Source of the DNA: an uncultured Leptospira sp. | Lineage (GTDB): Bacteria > Spirochaetota > UBA4802 > JAGODF01 | DNA length: 64,000 nucleotides | NCBI GenBank assembly: GCA_964502925.1 | Contig: CAZCYH010000008.1 | Location: 4,185 to 68,184 of the forward strand | Reading direction: 5' to 3' | Shown here: positions 8,754 to 17,805 of the stretch, piece after piece | Numbering within the stretch: position 1 is the stretch's first letter | Layout of the letters: each line of letters opens with the position of its first letter | Position numbers and translations under genes: made by a program | Notes under the pieces: model-generated | Databases searched by the model: none | What the model was told of the DNA's origin: nothing | The model's input: only the letters and a program-made list of their open reading frames with translations

Positions 8754-9503
8754 ATGTCCTATACCATCGCGATAACCGGCAAGGGCGGTACGGGCAAGAC
8801 GACCATCGCTGCGCTCATCGTTGTGGCAATGACACGGGCGGGCAAACGTCCGGTGCTGGCAGTGGATGCCGATCCCAATGCCTGTCTCGATGTGGCGCTG
8901 GGTGTTGAAGCGAAAAACACGGTGGGGCAATTGCGCGAGGATGCGCGAATACTTGCATCGGAGCATCCCGATATTTCAAAGCGCGAGCTTTTAGAGTTGA
9001 AGATTTCCGAAAGCCTAGTGGAAGGTGAGGATTTTGATCTCATTGCGATGGGGCGACCGGAAGGGCCGGGATGCTATTGCTACGCGAACAATGTGCTGCG
9101 CGAGGTACTGAAAGAAGTTTCTGATAATTATCCATATGTAGTTATCGACAATGAAGCGGGGCTTGAAAATCTCTCGCGCAGAATTGTGCGCCGCGTGGAC
9201 GCGCTTTTAGTGGTGGGGGAGCCGTCGCGAAACGGTATCGCGACGCTGCATCGGATACAGGCGCTTGCCGCAGAAATGAATATTGAATATGGGAAGCTCA
9301 TTGCGGTGATAAACCGGGTATATGAGGTAAAAAAATCCTATGATGACGTGAAGAAGGAAATGGGAGCGGACGGAATTGTTCTTCTGCCTCATGATGATGA
9401 AATACGAATGTTGAACGAAGCGGGAAGAAGTTTTTTTTCGCTACCGGAAAAAAATGCGGTATATCAAAAGGTGCGCGATGAGATCGTGGCGCCAGTAAAA
9501 TAA
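8754..9503 (+). CDS. cooC: CooC/AcsF-family Ni-insertion ATPase, copy 2
   Basis: 249 aa. ITGKGGTGKTT Walker A, DADPNACLD, and a C-x-C motif (GPGCYCYAN). It is paralogous to copy 1. Two paralogs are the usual pattern where one serves CODH and one serves ACS. Confidence 0.9.
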   Translation: MSYTIAITGKGGTGKTTIAALIVVAMTRAGKRPVLAVDADPNACLDVALGVEAKNTVGQLREDARILASEHPDISKRELLELKISESLVEGEDFDLIAMGRPEGPGCYCYANNVLREVLKEVSDNYPYVVIDNEAGLENLSRRIVRRVDALLVVGEPSRNGIATLHRIQALAAEMNIEYGKLIAVINRVYEVKKSYDDVKKEMGADGIVLLPHDDEIRMLNEAGRSFFSLPEKNAVYQKVRDEIVAPVK

Positions 9504-9522
9504 CTTCAAGAAGCGTGAAGGC

Positions 9523-11472
9523 ATGGAAAAGGAAAAGAAAAGAGCACAAGACCGCGCAGTCGATTCTGCATCAATAGCCATTATCGAGAAAGCGGAGAAG
9601 GATAATGTTCGCGTGAGCTTTTTCCGCATGGATGAGCAGGGAGCCCAGTGTGGCTTCGGGACAAGCGGCGTGTGCTGCCGCATCTGCCACATGGGGCCGT
9701 GCCGCATCAGCGCGAAAGCAAAATTCGGCGTCTGCGGTGCCGATGCGGATACCATCGTCGCGCGCAATTTTCTTCGCGAGGTGGCGGCAGGATGCGCCGC
9801 ACATTCAGATCACGCGCGGCATCTGGTACTGCTTCTGAAAAAGGTCGCGCAGGGGAAAGCGGGCAATTATGCGCTCAAAGATCGCGATGCGCTGCATCGC
9901 GTGGCGAAAAAATACGGCGTAGCCATTGAGCAGAGAAATGACGCCGAAATTGCCTCTGAACTTGCCGATGTCCTTCTTGGGGAATTCACCGCGCAGGAGG
10001 AACATTTAAAAACGCTGAAACTTGCGCCGGAAAAACGCCAGAGGTTGTGGGAAAAACTGGAAGTTGAGCCGCATGGAGTGGACCGGATGATTGTGGAATC
10101 GCTTCACCGCACGCACATGGGCGTCGATCACGACTACGCGCATATTCTGATGCACGCGTTTCGCGCGTCACTATCCGACGGGTGGGGCGGCTCGCGCATC
10201 GCGAGCCAGGTTTCCGACATCCTCTTCGGTACGCCAGCGCCCGTGCGCTCGATGGCGAATTTAGGGGTGCTTGGAGAGCGTACAGTGAACGTGGTGGTGC
10301 ACGGGCATGAGCCCGCGCTTTCCGAAATGCTTGCGGCTGCTTCAAAAGATCCCGAAATCATTGAGGCGGCAAAAAAGGTGGGGGCGGAAGGCATCACGCT
10401 TGCGGGAATCTGCTGTACCGCCAATGAAATTCTCATGCGCCACGGGATTCCCGTCGCGGGAAATTTTCTTCAACAGGAGCTGGCAGTCGTCACAGGTGTG
10501 GTTGAGGCGCTCATCATCGATGTGCAATGCTGTATGCCGGGACTGGCTGAGGTGGCGGCATCATACCATACCGAAATCATTTCTACCAGCGATATTGCGC
10601 ACACAGTGGGAGCAGTTTCCGTCCAGTTCACCGCAGAAGAAGCCTATGATGGCGCAAAACGCATTCTTCTACGCGCTATAGAAAATTTTGTGCGCAGAGA
10701 TTCATCGAAAGTGTTCATACCGAAAGAAGCGAAACCCCTTGTCGCGGGCTTCAGCGTGGAAGCCATCCGCTACATGCTCGGCGGACGATTCCGTGCTTCG
10801 TATCGGCCACTCAACGACGCCATCATGCAGGGGAGAATTCGGGGCGTGGCGGGCATTGTGGGATGCAATAATCCCAAGCAGAAACTGGATGAGTACATCG
10901 ATACACTCACCGAGGAACTTCTTAAGCGAAATGTGCTGGTGCTCAAAACCGGATGCGCGGCAATCGCCTCGGCGAAGGCGGGCTATCTCACGCCGGAGAC
11001 TGCGCTGCGGCAGGCAGGGGCGGGGCTGCGCGAAGTCTGCGAAGCAATCGGCATGCCGCCGGTTTTGCATATGGGAAGCTGTGTGGACAATTCGCGCATT
11101 TTAGAGGCTGCCACTGAAATCGTATTTGAAGGCGGTTTGGGCGATGATCTGTCGATGATTCCCGCGGTTGGAGTGGCGCCGGAATGGATGAGTGAGAAGG
11201 CCATTGCCATCGCCATGTATTTCGTGGCATCGGGAATTGATGTGATACTCGGCCATCCCTTTTATATTTCCGGCTCAAAGAACGTGATGCGCTTTTTGAA
11301 TGAAGAATCGAAAAATATTTTTGGTGCGTCATTTCATGTGTACGATGATCCATGTGAGGCGGCGGATGCGATTATGGAAATCATTGAGCGGAAGCGCGAC
11401 GCGCTCGGCATCAACCAGCGCACGGAACGGAAACTTTTCGATATGAAGGACAGGAGGCAGCTCAGTGTCTAA
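9523..11472 (+). CDS. cooS: Ni-dependent carbon monoxide dehydrogenase catalytic subunit (CooS/AcsA)
   Basis: 649 aa. N-terminal D/B-cluster cysteine motifs (QCGFGTSGVCCRICHMGPCRI...FGVCGAD). Hybrid-cluster-fold blocks run throughout (VHGHEPALSEM, TLAGICCTANE, HMGSCVDNSR). Confidence 0.95.
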   Translation: MEKEKKRAQDRAVDSASIAIIEKAEKDNVRVSFFRMDEQGAQCGFGTSGVCCRICHMGPCRISAKAKFGVCGADADTIVARNFLREVAAGCAAHSDHARHLVLLLKKVAQGKAGNYALKDRDALHRVAKKYGVAIEQRNDAEIASELADVLLGEFTAQEEHLKTLKLAPEKRQRLWEKLEVEPHGVDRMIVESLHRTHMGVDHDYAHILMHAFRASLSDGWGGSRIASQVSDILFGTPAPVRSMANLGVLGERTVNVVVHGHEPALSEMLAAASKDPEIIEAAKKVGAEGITLAGICCTANEILMRHGIPVAGNFLQQELAVVTGVVEALIIDVQCCMPGLAEVAASYHTEIISTSDIAHTVGAVSVQFTAEEAYDGAKRILLRAIENFVRRDSSKVFIPKEAKPLVAGFSVEAIRYMLGGRFRASYRPLNDAIMQGRIRGVAGIVGCNNPKQKLDEYIDTLTEELLKRNVLVLKTGCAAIASAKAGYLTPETALRQAGAGLREVCEAIGMPPVLHMGSCVDNSRILEAATEIVFEGGLGDDLSMIPAVGVAPEWMSEKAIAIAMYFVASGIDVILGHPFYISGSKNVMRFLNEESKNIFGASFHVYDDPCEAADAIMEIIERKRDALGINQRTERKLFDMKDRRQLSV

Positions 11473-14400
11473 GATCATCAGCAGTGCGGCCATTGATGGT
11501 GCCATCGCGTGGGTTGCGCGCGCGGAAAAGAAACTGGATGAAGTTATCCTGACTAAGGGAGAAGATGCTGCGGTTGCTTTCCCTGATACAGCCTACTATC
11601 TTCCCATTATTTATTCGTTTACCGGGAAAAAAGTTGCGACGCTTGCCCACTGCCGAGAGGTGTTGCGGGAGGCGAAAGAACTCTTGCCGCAAAGGCCTTC
11701 AGAACATGTGTGGCTGCCGTATCTGGGAAACGCGCTTGATGCGGGCGTGGCAGCGCTTTTTGCCTGCGAAATAATCGAAGCGTGCAAATATCTCATTGGA
11801 CCAAATCCGGTTGAAGGCATCTGGCTCGGTGCCGCGAACGATATCATCATGCGGGAGCGGGGAGTGGAATTCGTGGACGGGACCGCGCCTGGATTTGCAG
11901 CGGTAACCGGCGCAGCACCCTCGAATGACATTGCGGTGAAGATTGCGCGCGAACTTCAGGAAAAAAATCTCTATGTGTTTATGGCCGGCTCCACAAATGG
12001 AAGACAATTTGCAGAGCAGCTTGCCGAAGAAGGGGTGCAGCTCGGATGGGAGACGCGGCTTGTTCCCTATGGCAGGGATGTGTCGGCGCTGGTGTATGCG
12101 CTCGGTTTTGCAAACCGTGCAGCGCTTTCGTTTGGAGGAGTCAGGCCCGGAGATTATGCGGGCAATCTGCGCTATAATAAAAACCGCATCATGGCCTTTG
12201 TCCTTGCCTTTGATGAAGTCGATGCCGATAAATACGCTCTTGCTGCAGGTGCCATCAACTACGGCTTTCCGGTGATTGCCGATACTGCCATCCCGCAGAT
12301 TCTTCCTACTGGCGTGTGCACCTACGAGCACGTGGTGTCATCGGTTCCCTATGAGAAAATAGTGGAGCGCGCGCTTGAAGTGCGCGGCTGCAAGGTGAAA
12401 ATCACCAGAGTGCCCATTCCCGTTCCATACGGCCCCGCTTTCGAAGGCGAGCGGATACGCAAACAGGACACGCATGCGGAATTCGGCGGGAATATCACCA
12501 CCGCATTTGAATTCGTCACCATGGTGGGTATGGACGAAATCGAAGATGGCGAAATTGAAATCATCGGCAAAGACATCGACGAAATAGAAGCTGGGAGCGC
12601 ACTGCCGCTCGGCATATGGGTTGAGGTGGCGGGAAGAAAGATGCAGCCGGATTTTGAATCAATCTTAGAGCGGCAAATCCATCATCTCATCAACGGCGCA
12701 GAAGGCATCTGGCACATGGGGCAGCGCGATATCGTATGGACGCGCGTCTCGAAAAGCGGATTTGCCAGAGGCCTGCGGTTGCGGCATTATGGCGAAATTC
12801 TTCATGCGCAGTTTCTTTCCAATTATCCTGCCATTGTCGATAAAGTCAAAGTGACGCTCATCACCGATGCAGAAGAAGCGGAGCGGCGCGTTGCAATTGC
12901 CCGGAAGGTATATCGGGAGCGCAATCAGCGCCTTGCTTCAATGACCGATGAATCCGTCGATACATTTTATTCGTGTCTTCTCTGCCAGAGCTTTGCGCCG
13001 AACCACGTATGCGTCATCACCCCTGAACGGCTGGGCCTCTGCGGTGCGTACAACTGGCTCGACGGAAAAGCGGCATACGAAATCGACGAAACCGGGCCGA
13101 ATCAGCCGGTGAAGAAAGGCACGGTCATCGATCCGGGCCGGGGAATTTTCACCGGCGTCGATGAGTACGTCTATTCCAATTCGCATAAAAAAGTCGAAAG
13201 TTTCAGCATGTATTCCATCATGCACAATCCCATGACCAGCTGCGGCTGTTTTGAAGTGATTCTTGCCTACGTGCCCGAGTGCAATGGTGTGATGGCAGTC
13301 AACCGCGAGTACACCGGCGATACGCCCGTTGGAATGACCTTCTCCACGCTTGCGGGCAATGTGGGCGGGGGCATGCAGACGCCGGGCTTCATGGGCTGCG
13401 GCAAGGTGTATCTCACATCGAAAAAATTTGTTTATGCAGAGGGAGGGCATAAACGCCTGGTGTGGATGACCACTGATCTGAAGCAGATGGTGGGCGATGA
13501 CATGAAAAAGCTTTTCGCAGAATTGGGGCTTGATGGCCTTTTTGAGAAAATTGCTGATGAAACCATATCGGCGAACCCCGCAGAAATACGACAATTCATG
13601 GAAAAAAATGAGCATCCCGCGCTCGAAATGGACGATATGGCTCTCTATGCCGAAATGGAGAGCACGCCCCGGGAGACAATTGTCCCTGAGAAAGAAGAAG
13701 CGGGTGAGATAAAAAAAGCGCAAGAGGTGCATGATGAAACGGTGCATCCAGTAAGCGAAACGCGCACGATGCCGCACTCTGTGGATGTGGAGGCACTGAA
13801 GAGAGAACTCTTTGCCGAGCTTCGTGATGAAATGAAGAAAGCCATCACGAAGGAAGTGGTATCGGAGATCATCAGCGTTTTAGAGGAAAAGTTTCTTGGC
13901 GCAAAACGGCCTGCTTCACCGGGTAATGTTTCCGTGGAAGAAAAAAGAGATCAGGTGCCTTTAAGCGAATCCGGGCATCCGCATCCGAAACCGTCTGAAA
14001 GAATTTCCGCGATTCAATCCTTTCCGATTCCAAAAGAATCCTTCAGCGGCGCGGTGCACCGTGTGAAAATTGGTGCCACGAAAGCGGAAGGCGGCACGCG
14101 GGGACGAACGTATGAAATCGGCGGCGCGAATACCATGCCCTTCCATCACTGGGAAGGCATTATGCCGAACCGTCCGCTTATGGCGATGGAAGTCTTCGAC
14201 CGGGTTGGAGAGAAATATCCACAGGCACTCAAAGACGTCTGGGGTGAATTATTATTAGATCCGGTGCGCATGGCAAAGGCGTGCGTGGAAAAATATGGTG
14301 CGGATCTCATAAGCGTGCGTCTTGATGGCACGCATCCCGAGCGCGGAAATTATTCTCCCGAAGATTCGCTTAAGCTGGTGAAATCGGTTCTTGCGGCAGT

Positions 14401-14980
14401 GGATGTGCCGCTTGTCATTACGGGGCACAATCACTATGAAAAGATGAATGCGGTGATGAAGGAAATCGCCGCGGGGTGTGCTGGTGAAAATCTGCTTTTG
14501 AACTGGGCAGAGCAGGACAATTATCGTGTGATAGCAGGCGCCGCGATAGCGTACGGGCATACGGTGGTGGCGCAAAGCCCCATTGATGTGAATATTTCCA
14601 AGCAGCTCAACATTTTGCTTACGGGAATGGACGTGCCTATTAATCGCATCGTCGTCGATCCGCTCACCGGCGCGATGGGTTACGGTATCGAATACACCTA
14701 TTCCGTAATGGAGCGCATTCGCCTCACGGGCCTCGGCGGCGACGCAATGCTGCTTTCGCCCATGATTGTGTCCCCTGGACAGGAATGCGCCCGCATCAAG
14801 GAACTGCGCGCCGAAGAGATAGAGTTTCCTTCCTGGGGCGATCTGAAAAAGCGCGCGGCGCTGTGGGAACTTTCCACCGCCACGGCATTGCTCTATGCCG
14901 GGGCTGATATCCTCATCATGTATCATCCTGAAGCCGCGGGTGCTTTGAAAAAATCAATCATGCAGCTTATGGAGAAGTAA
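11465..14980 (+). CDS. acsB: Acetyl-CoA synthase (AcsB/CdhC, A-cluster subunit) fused to a C-terminal CFeSP small-subunit-like (AcsD/CdhD-like) TIM-barrel domain
   Basis: 1171 aa. GTG start overlaps the cooS stop. The AcsB part (about aa 1-720) is bacterial-type with a long N-terminal domain. It carries the [4Fe4S] ligand block CLLCQSFAPNHVCVITPERLGLCGA and the proximal-Ni Cys-Gly-Cys motif MTSCGCFE. An Asp/Glu/Lys-rich linker of about 130 aa follows. The last ~310 aa (…LISVRLDGTHPERGNY…VPLVITGHNHYEKMNAVMKEIAAG…VVDPLTGAMGYGIEYTYSVMERIR…) resemble the CdhD/AcsD corrinoid-protein TIM barrel. Confidence 0.9.
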   Translation: MSKIISSAAIDGAIAWVARAEKKLDEVILTKGEDAAVAFPDTAYYLPIIYSFTGKKVATLAHCREVLREAKELLPQRPSEHVWLPYLGNALDAGVAALFACEIIEACKYLIGPNPVEGIWLGAANDIIMRERGVEFVDGTAPGFAAVTGAAPSNDIAVKIARELQEKNLYVFMAGSTNGRQFAEQLAEEGVQLGWETRLVPYGRDVSALVYALGFANRAALSFGGVRPGDYAGNLRYNKNRIMAFVLAFDEVDADKYALAAGAINYGFPVIADTAIPQILPTGVCTYEHVVSSVPYEKIVERALEVRGCKVKITRVPIPVPYGPAFEGERIRKQDTHAEFGGNITTAFEFVTMVGMDEIEDGEIEIIGKDIDEIEAGSALPLGIWVEVAGRKMQPDFESILERQIHHLINGAEGIWHMGQRDIVWTRVSKSGFARGLRLRHYGEILHAQFLSNYPAIVDKVKVTLITDAEEAERRVAIARKVYRERNQRLASMTDESVDTFYSCLLCQSFAPNHVCVITPERLGLCGAYNWLDGKAAYEIDETGPNQPVKKGTVIDPGRGIFTGVDEYVYSNSHKKVESFSMYSIMHNPMTSCGCFEVILAYVPECNGVMAVNREYTGDTPVGMTFSTLAGNVGGGMQTPGFMGCGKVYLTSKKFVYAEGGHKRLVWMTTDLKQMVGDDMKKLFAELGLDGLFEKIADETISANPAEIRQFMEKNEHPALEMDDMALYAEMESTPRETIVPEKEEAGEIKKAQEVHDETVHPVSETRTMPHSVDVEALKRELFAELRDEMKKAITKEVVSEIISVLEEKFLGAKRPASPGNVSVEEKRDQVPLSESGHPHPKPSERISAIQSFPIPKESFSGAVHRVKIGATKAEGGTRGRTYEIGGANTMPFHHWEGIMPNRPLMAMEVFDRVGEKYPQALKDVWGELLLDPVRMAKACVEKYGADLISVRLDGTHPERGNYSPEDSLKLVKSVLAAVDVPLVITGHNHYEKMNAVMKEIAAGCAGENLLLNWAEQDNYRVIAGAAIAYGHTVVAQSPIDVNISKQLNILLTGMDVPINRIVVDPLTGAMGYGIEYTYSVMERIRLTGLGGDAMLLSPMIVSPGQECARIKELRAEEIEFPSWGDLKKRAALWELSTATALLYAGADILIMYHPEAAGALKKSIMQLMEK

Positions 14981-15076
14981 GGGAAATAATTATCATTTAT
15001 AGTTATACTACAAATGAGCCTGAAGGTAATTTCATGTTGTGATTGATAATTTTAGAAAAGCAGGTAGCACAGCGCA

Positions 15077-15991
15077 ATGCTTCACGCATATAAAATAGCA
15101 AACGGTGCGATAGTCCCAGCGAACGAGGAATCGGCGCCGATACTGGTGTATATCAACCCCACTATTGAAGAAAAGGATCTTCTGGTGGGAAATTACAATA
15201 TCGATTCGCACACCCTGCAGTCCGCGCTCGACCCCGATGAGCTTTCCCGGCTGGAGTTTGAGCCCGATCATGCCGCCGTCATTCTCAAACGCCCGCAGAA
15301 TTATTCTGCTGCCGATGAATTCCTTTTTAAAGTTTCATCAATCGGCATTTTCTGGTACCGGGAGCGCGTCATCATTCTCCTCATGGAAGATATACAGCTT
15401 TTCGACGGCAAAATTTTCTCGAAAGTGAATTCAATCGGCGATCTGGTGCTGAAAATTATATTGCGCATTATCTATCATTATATCGATCACCTGAAAGTTA
15501 TCAACATGATTTCCGATTCGCTCGAGCAGAAAATCAATACCTCCATGCGCAATAAATATCTCATCAATCTTTTCACGCTCGAAAAAAGTTTGGTCTATTA
15601 TCTCAATGCCATCAATTCGAATGCGACAGTGATAGAGCGCATAAAAAACAATCGCGCGCGCCTTGCGCTTGAAAATGAGCAGATTGAAATGCTGGACGAT
15701 ATCATCATCGAAAATACGCAGTGCCAGAAACAGGCGGAAATCTATTCGAACATTCTTGCCGGCCTCATGGACGCGCGCGTCTCAATCGTCAGCAACAATC
15801 TCAATATCCTCATGAAAACCTTAAACCTCATCACCATCGCCATCATGGTGCCTACCTTCGTGGTGAGTGCGTTTTCCATGAACGTGGCGATTCCCATGCA
15901 GCACTATCCGCATGCCTTCTGGATCATCATGGCGCTTGCGCTTATATCTGTGCTGACGTTTATGTTCTTCTGGCGCCTCAAAAAGTGGTGA
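15077..15991 (+). CDS. CorA-family divalent-metal (Mg/Co/Ni) transporter with a non-canonical SMN motif in place of GMN
   Basis: 304 aa. A soluble N-terminal CorA-like domain, then two C-terminal TM helices separated by FSMNVAIP at the position of the canonical YGMNF. Basic C-terminus (WRLKKW). Confidence 0.7.
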   Translation: MLHAYKIANGAIVPANEESAPILVYINPTIEEKDLLVGNYNIDSHTLQSALDPDELSRLEFEPDHAAVILKRPQNYSAADEFLFKVSSIGIFWYRERVIILLMEDIQLFDGKIFSKVNSIGDLVLKIILRIIYHYIDHLKVINMISDSLEQKINTSMRNKYLINLFTLEKSLVYYLNAINSNATVIERIKNNRARLALENEQIEMLDDIIIENTQCQKQAEIYSNILAGLMDARVSIVSNNLNILMKTLNLITIAIMVPTFVVSAFSMNVAIPMQHYPHAFWIIMALALISVLTFMFFWRLKKW

Positions 15992-16010
15992 GCGTATTTT
16001 TTTGTACGCG

Positions 16011-17102
16011 TCACAGGCTTTTTTGCGGGTGCCGTAAAATGTGCAGTGCGGTCGCTTTGAATGAAGCGGTTACCGTGCTTTTTTCTTGTAATCCGAGCTC
16101 GGAAAGTGAGTGCGGCGTGATATATGCAATGAGCTTAAATCCGCAATCGAGCGAAACGCGCACATGCGTGCCTGCATGAGTGATGCTGCATACCTTTGCC
16201 TCGAATGAATTGCGCATGCTGCTAGATGCATTTTTATCTTTTGAAATAACGATATGCTCGGGGCGTATTCCGAGTGTTACCATTTTGCCTTTATGCGCTG
16301 CGCCTGAAACTTCAATTGCTCTGCCGGAAACCTCGACAGTAAAACCGCCATTAAAAACATCAACGACGGTTCCGGAAAGAATTGTTTCAACACCCATGAA
16401 CGATGCAATGAATTCATCGGCGGGATTGCTGATGATGTCAGCCGGAAAGCCTTCTTGAATCACGCGGCCATTTCTCAGCACCACAATCCTGTCGGCCAGA
16501 CGAAGCGTTTCGTCGCGATCGTGGCTGATAAATATGACACCGCATTGGACATGGCGCAGCATTTTTTCGAAATCATCAAGCATGGAATCGCGGGCCAATG
16601 TATCGAGCGCTGAAAACGGTTCGTCCATGAGCAGGAGTTTTGGCTTTAGTATCAGGGAACGCGCGAGGGATACACGGCGCGCTTCTCCTGCAGAAAGAGT
16701 GTGTGAGCGGCGATGAAGCAGATGCGCAATGCCGAACATATCGGCGAACTCATGTACTTTTCGTTTGATTTCACTGGCAGGCAATTTTCGAATTTTCAAA
16801 CCGAGTGCGATGTTCTCACCTGCCGTTGTGTTCAAAAGCAAAGGTTCCTGAAAGAGCATGGTGATGGATTTTCGACGATCGTACAGAGCGCGGATATCAT
16901 GAATTGGAATTTCGTCGAATATGAGATCAAGCTCGCGTACTTTAATAAGGCCAGCAAGTGCCAGAAGCAGTGTAGTTTTTCCCGCGCCATTGTGCCCGAT
17001 AATTGCGATGCTTTCGCCGACGTGAAGGCGGATATTATTGACCGAAAGTGTGAATTGGCCAATTTGCGCCGTTATTTTTTGAATATCGAGCAGCGATTTC
17101 AT
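16011..17102 (-). CDS. tupC: ABC transporter ATP-binding subunit with C-terminal TOBE/Mop domain (tungstate/molybdate type, TupC/ModC-like)
   Basis: 363 aa. Walker A GHNGAGKTT, signature LSAGEARRVSLARS, Walker B LLLMDEP. A C-terminal ~110-aa TOBE-like beta domain is present. Confidence 0.8.
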   Translation of the reverse strand: MKSLLDIQKITAQIGQFTLSVNNIRLHVGESIAIIGHNGAGKTTLLLALAGLIKVRELDLIFDEIPIHDIRALYDRRKSITMLFQEPLLLNTTAGENIALGLKIRKLPASEIKRKVHEFADMFGIAHLLHRRSHTLSAGEARRVSLARSLILKPKLLLMDEPFSALDTLARDSMLDDFEKMLRHVQCGVIFISHDRDETLRLADRIVVLRNGRVIQEGFPADIISNPADEFIASFMGVETILSGTVVDVFNGGFTVEVSGRAIEVSGAAHKGKMVTLGIRPEHIVISKDKNASSSMRNSFEAKVCSITHAGTHVRVSLDCGFKLIAYITPHSLSELGLQEKSTVTASFKATALHILRHPQKSL

Positions 17103-17104
17103 GG

Positions 17105-17803
17105 TTATTTCATGCGTCCTTTTTGCTGCACATACGACAGGAAATAGTTCACGGCAAAAGAAAGAACCAGCAGAATGATGCCGAACGCAATGGCAGTGTC
17201 GAAATTTCCGCGCGATGTTTCCATCACGGTGGCGGTGGTGAGTACGCGGGTTGAACCTTTGATGTTGCCGCCCACCATCATTGAGGCGCCCACTTCGCTT
17301 ATCACGCTTCCAAAACCTGCCATAATTGCCGCAAGAAGTGGCAGGCGTGCCTGACGGTAGAGGATGAAAAGCGACTGCAGGTGTGAAGCGCCGAGTGCAA
17401 AAATTTGAAGGCGAAAATTTTTTGGTACCTGCTGCAGCGCCGAAAGCGTTATGCCCGTCACCATAGGGGTGGCGATGAGCACCTGCGCAATAATGATGGC
17501 AAGAGGTGTATAGAGGATTTCAAAATCGCCGAACACTCCCCCGCGCCAGAGCATAAGCGTGGTGAAAAGCCCTACTACCACAGGGGGAACGCCCATGCCG
17601 GTGTTGACAAGACCGACCACAAAGGTTCGACCGGGAAATTCGTTGAGCGCAATTGCACTGCCGATGGCGATGCCGATGATTGAACTGATGATGGTGGATG
17701 TAATCGTCACCTCGAGTGTGAGAAAAAGCACCTCGTAGACTTCGCGATCGAACGATGCGATGAGGGCAATAGCTTTTTGTAATCCTTCAAGAATGAGTTC
17801 CAT
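17105..17803 (-). CDS. tupB: ABC transporter permease (TupB/ModB-like)
   Basis: 232 aa polytopic membrane protein with an EAA-like loop region (…GASMMVGGNIKGSTRVLTTAT…). It is adjacent to the ATPase and the binding-protein gene. Confidence 0.8.
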   Translation of the reverse strand: MELILEGLQKAIALIASFDREVYEVLFLTLEVTITSTIISSIIGIAIGSAIALNEFPGRTFVVGLVNTGMGVPPVVVGLFTTLMLWRGGVFGDFEILYTPLAIIIAQVLIATPMVTGITLSALQQVPKNFRLQIFALGASHLQSLFILYRQARLPLLAAIMAGFGSVISEVGASMMVGGNIKGSTRVLTTATVMETSRGNFDTAIAFGIILLVLSFAVNYFLSYVQQKGRMK

Positions 17804-17805
17804 GG

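Noticed and set aside
12938-14926. Minus-strand ORFs (279 aa and 223 aa) inside acsB
   Set aside because: They are antisense to a gene with unambiguous A-cluster motifs. Their composition is low-complexity/His-Arg-rich, typical of shadow ORFs.
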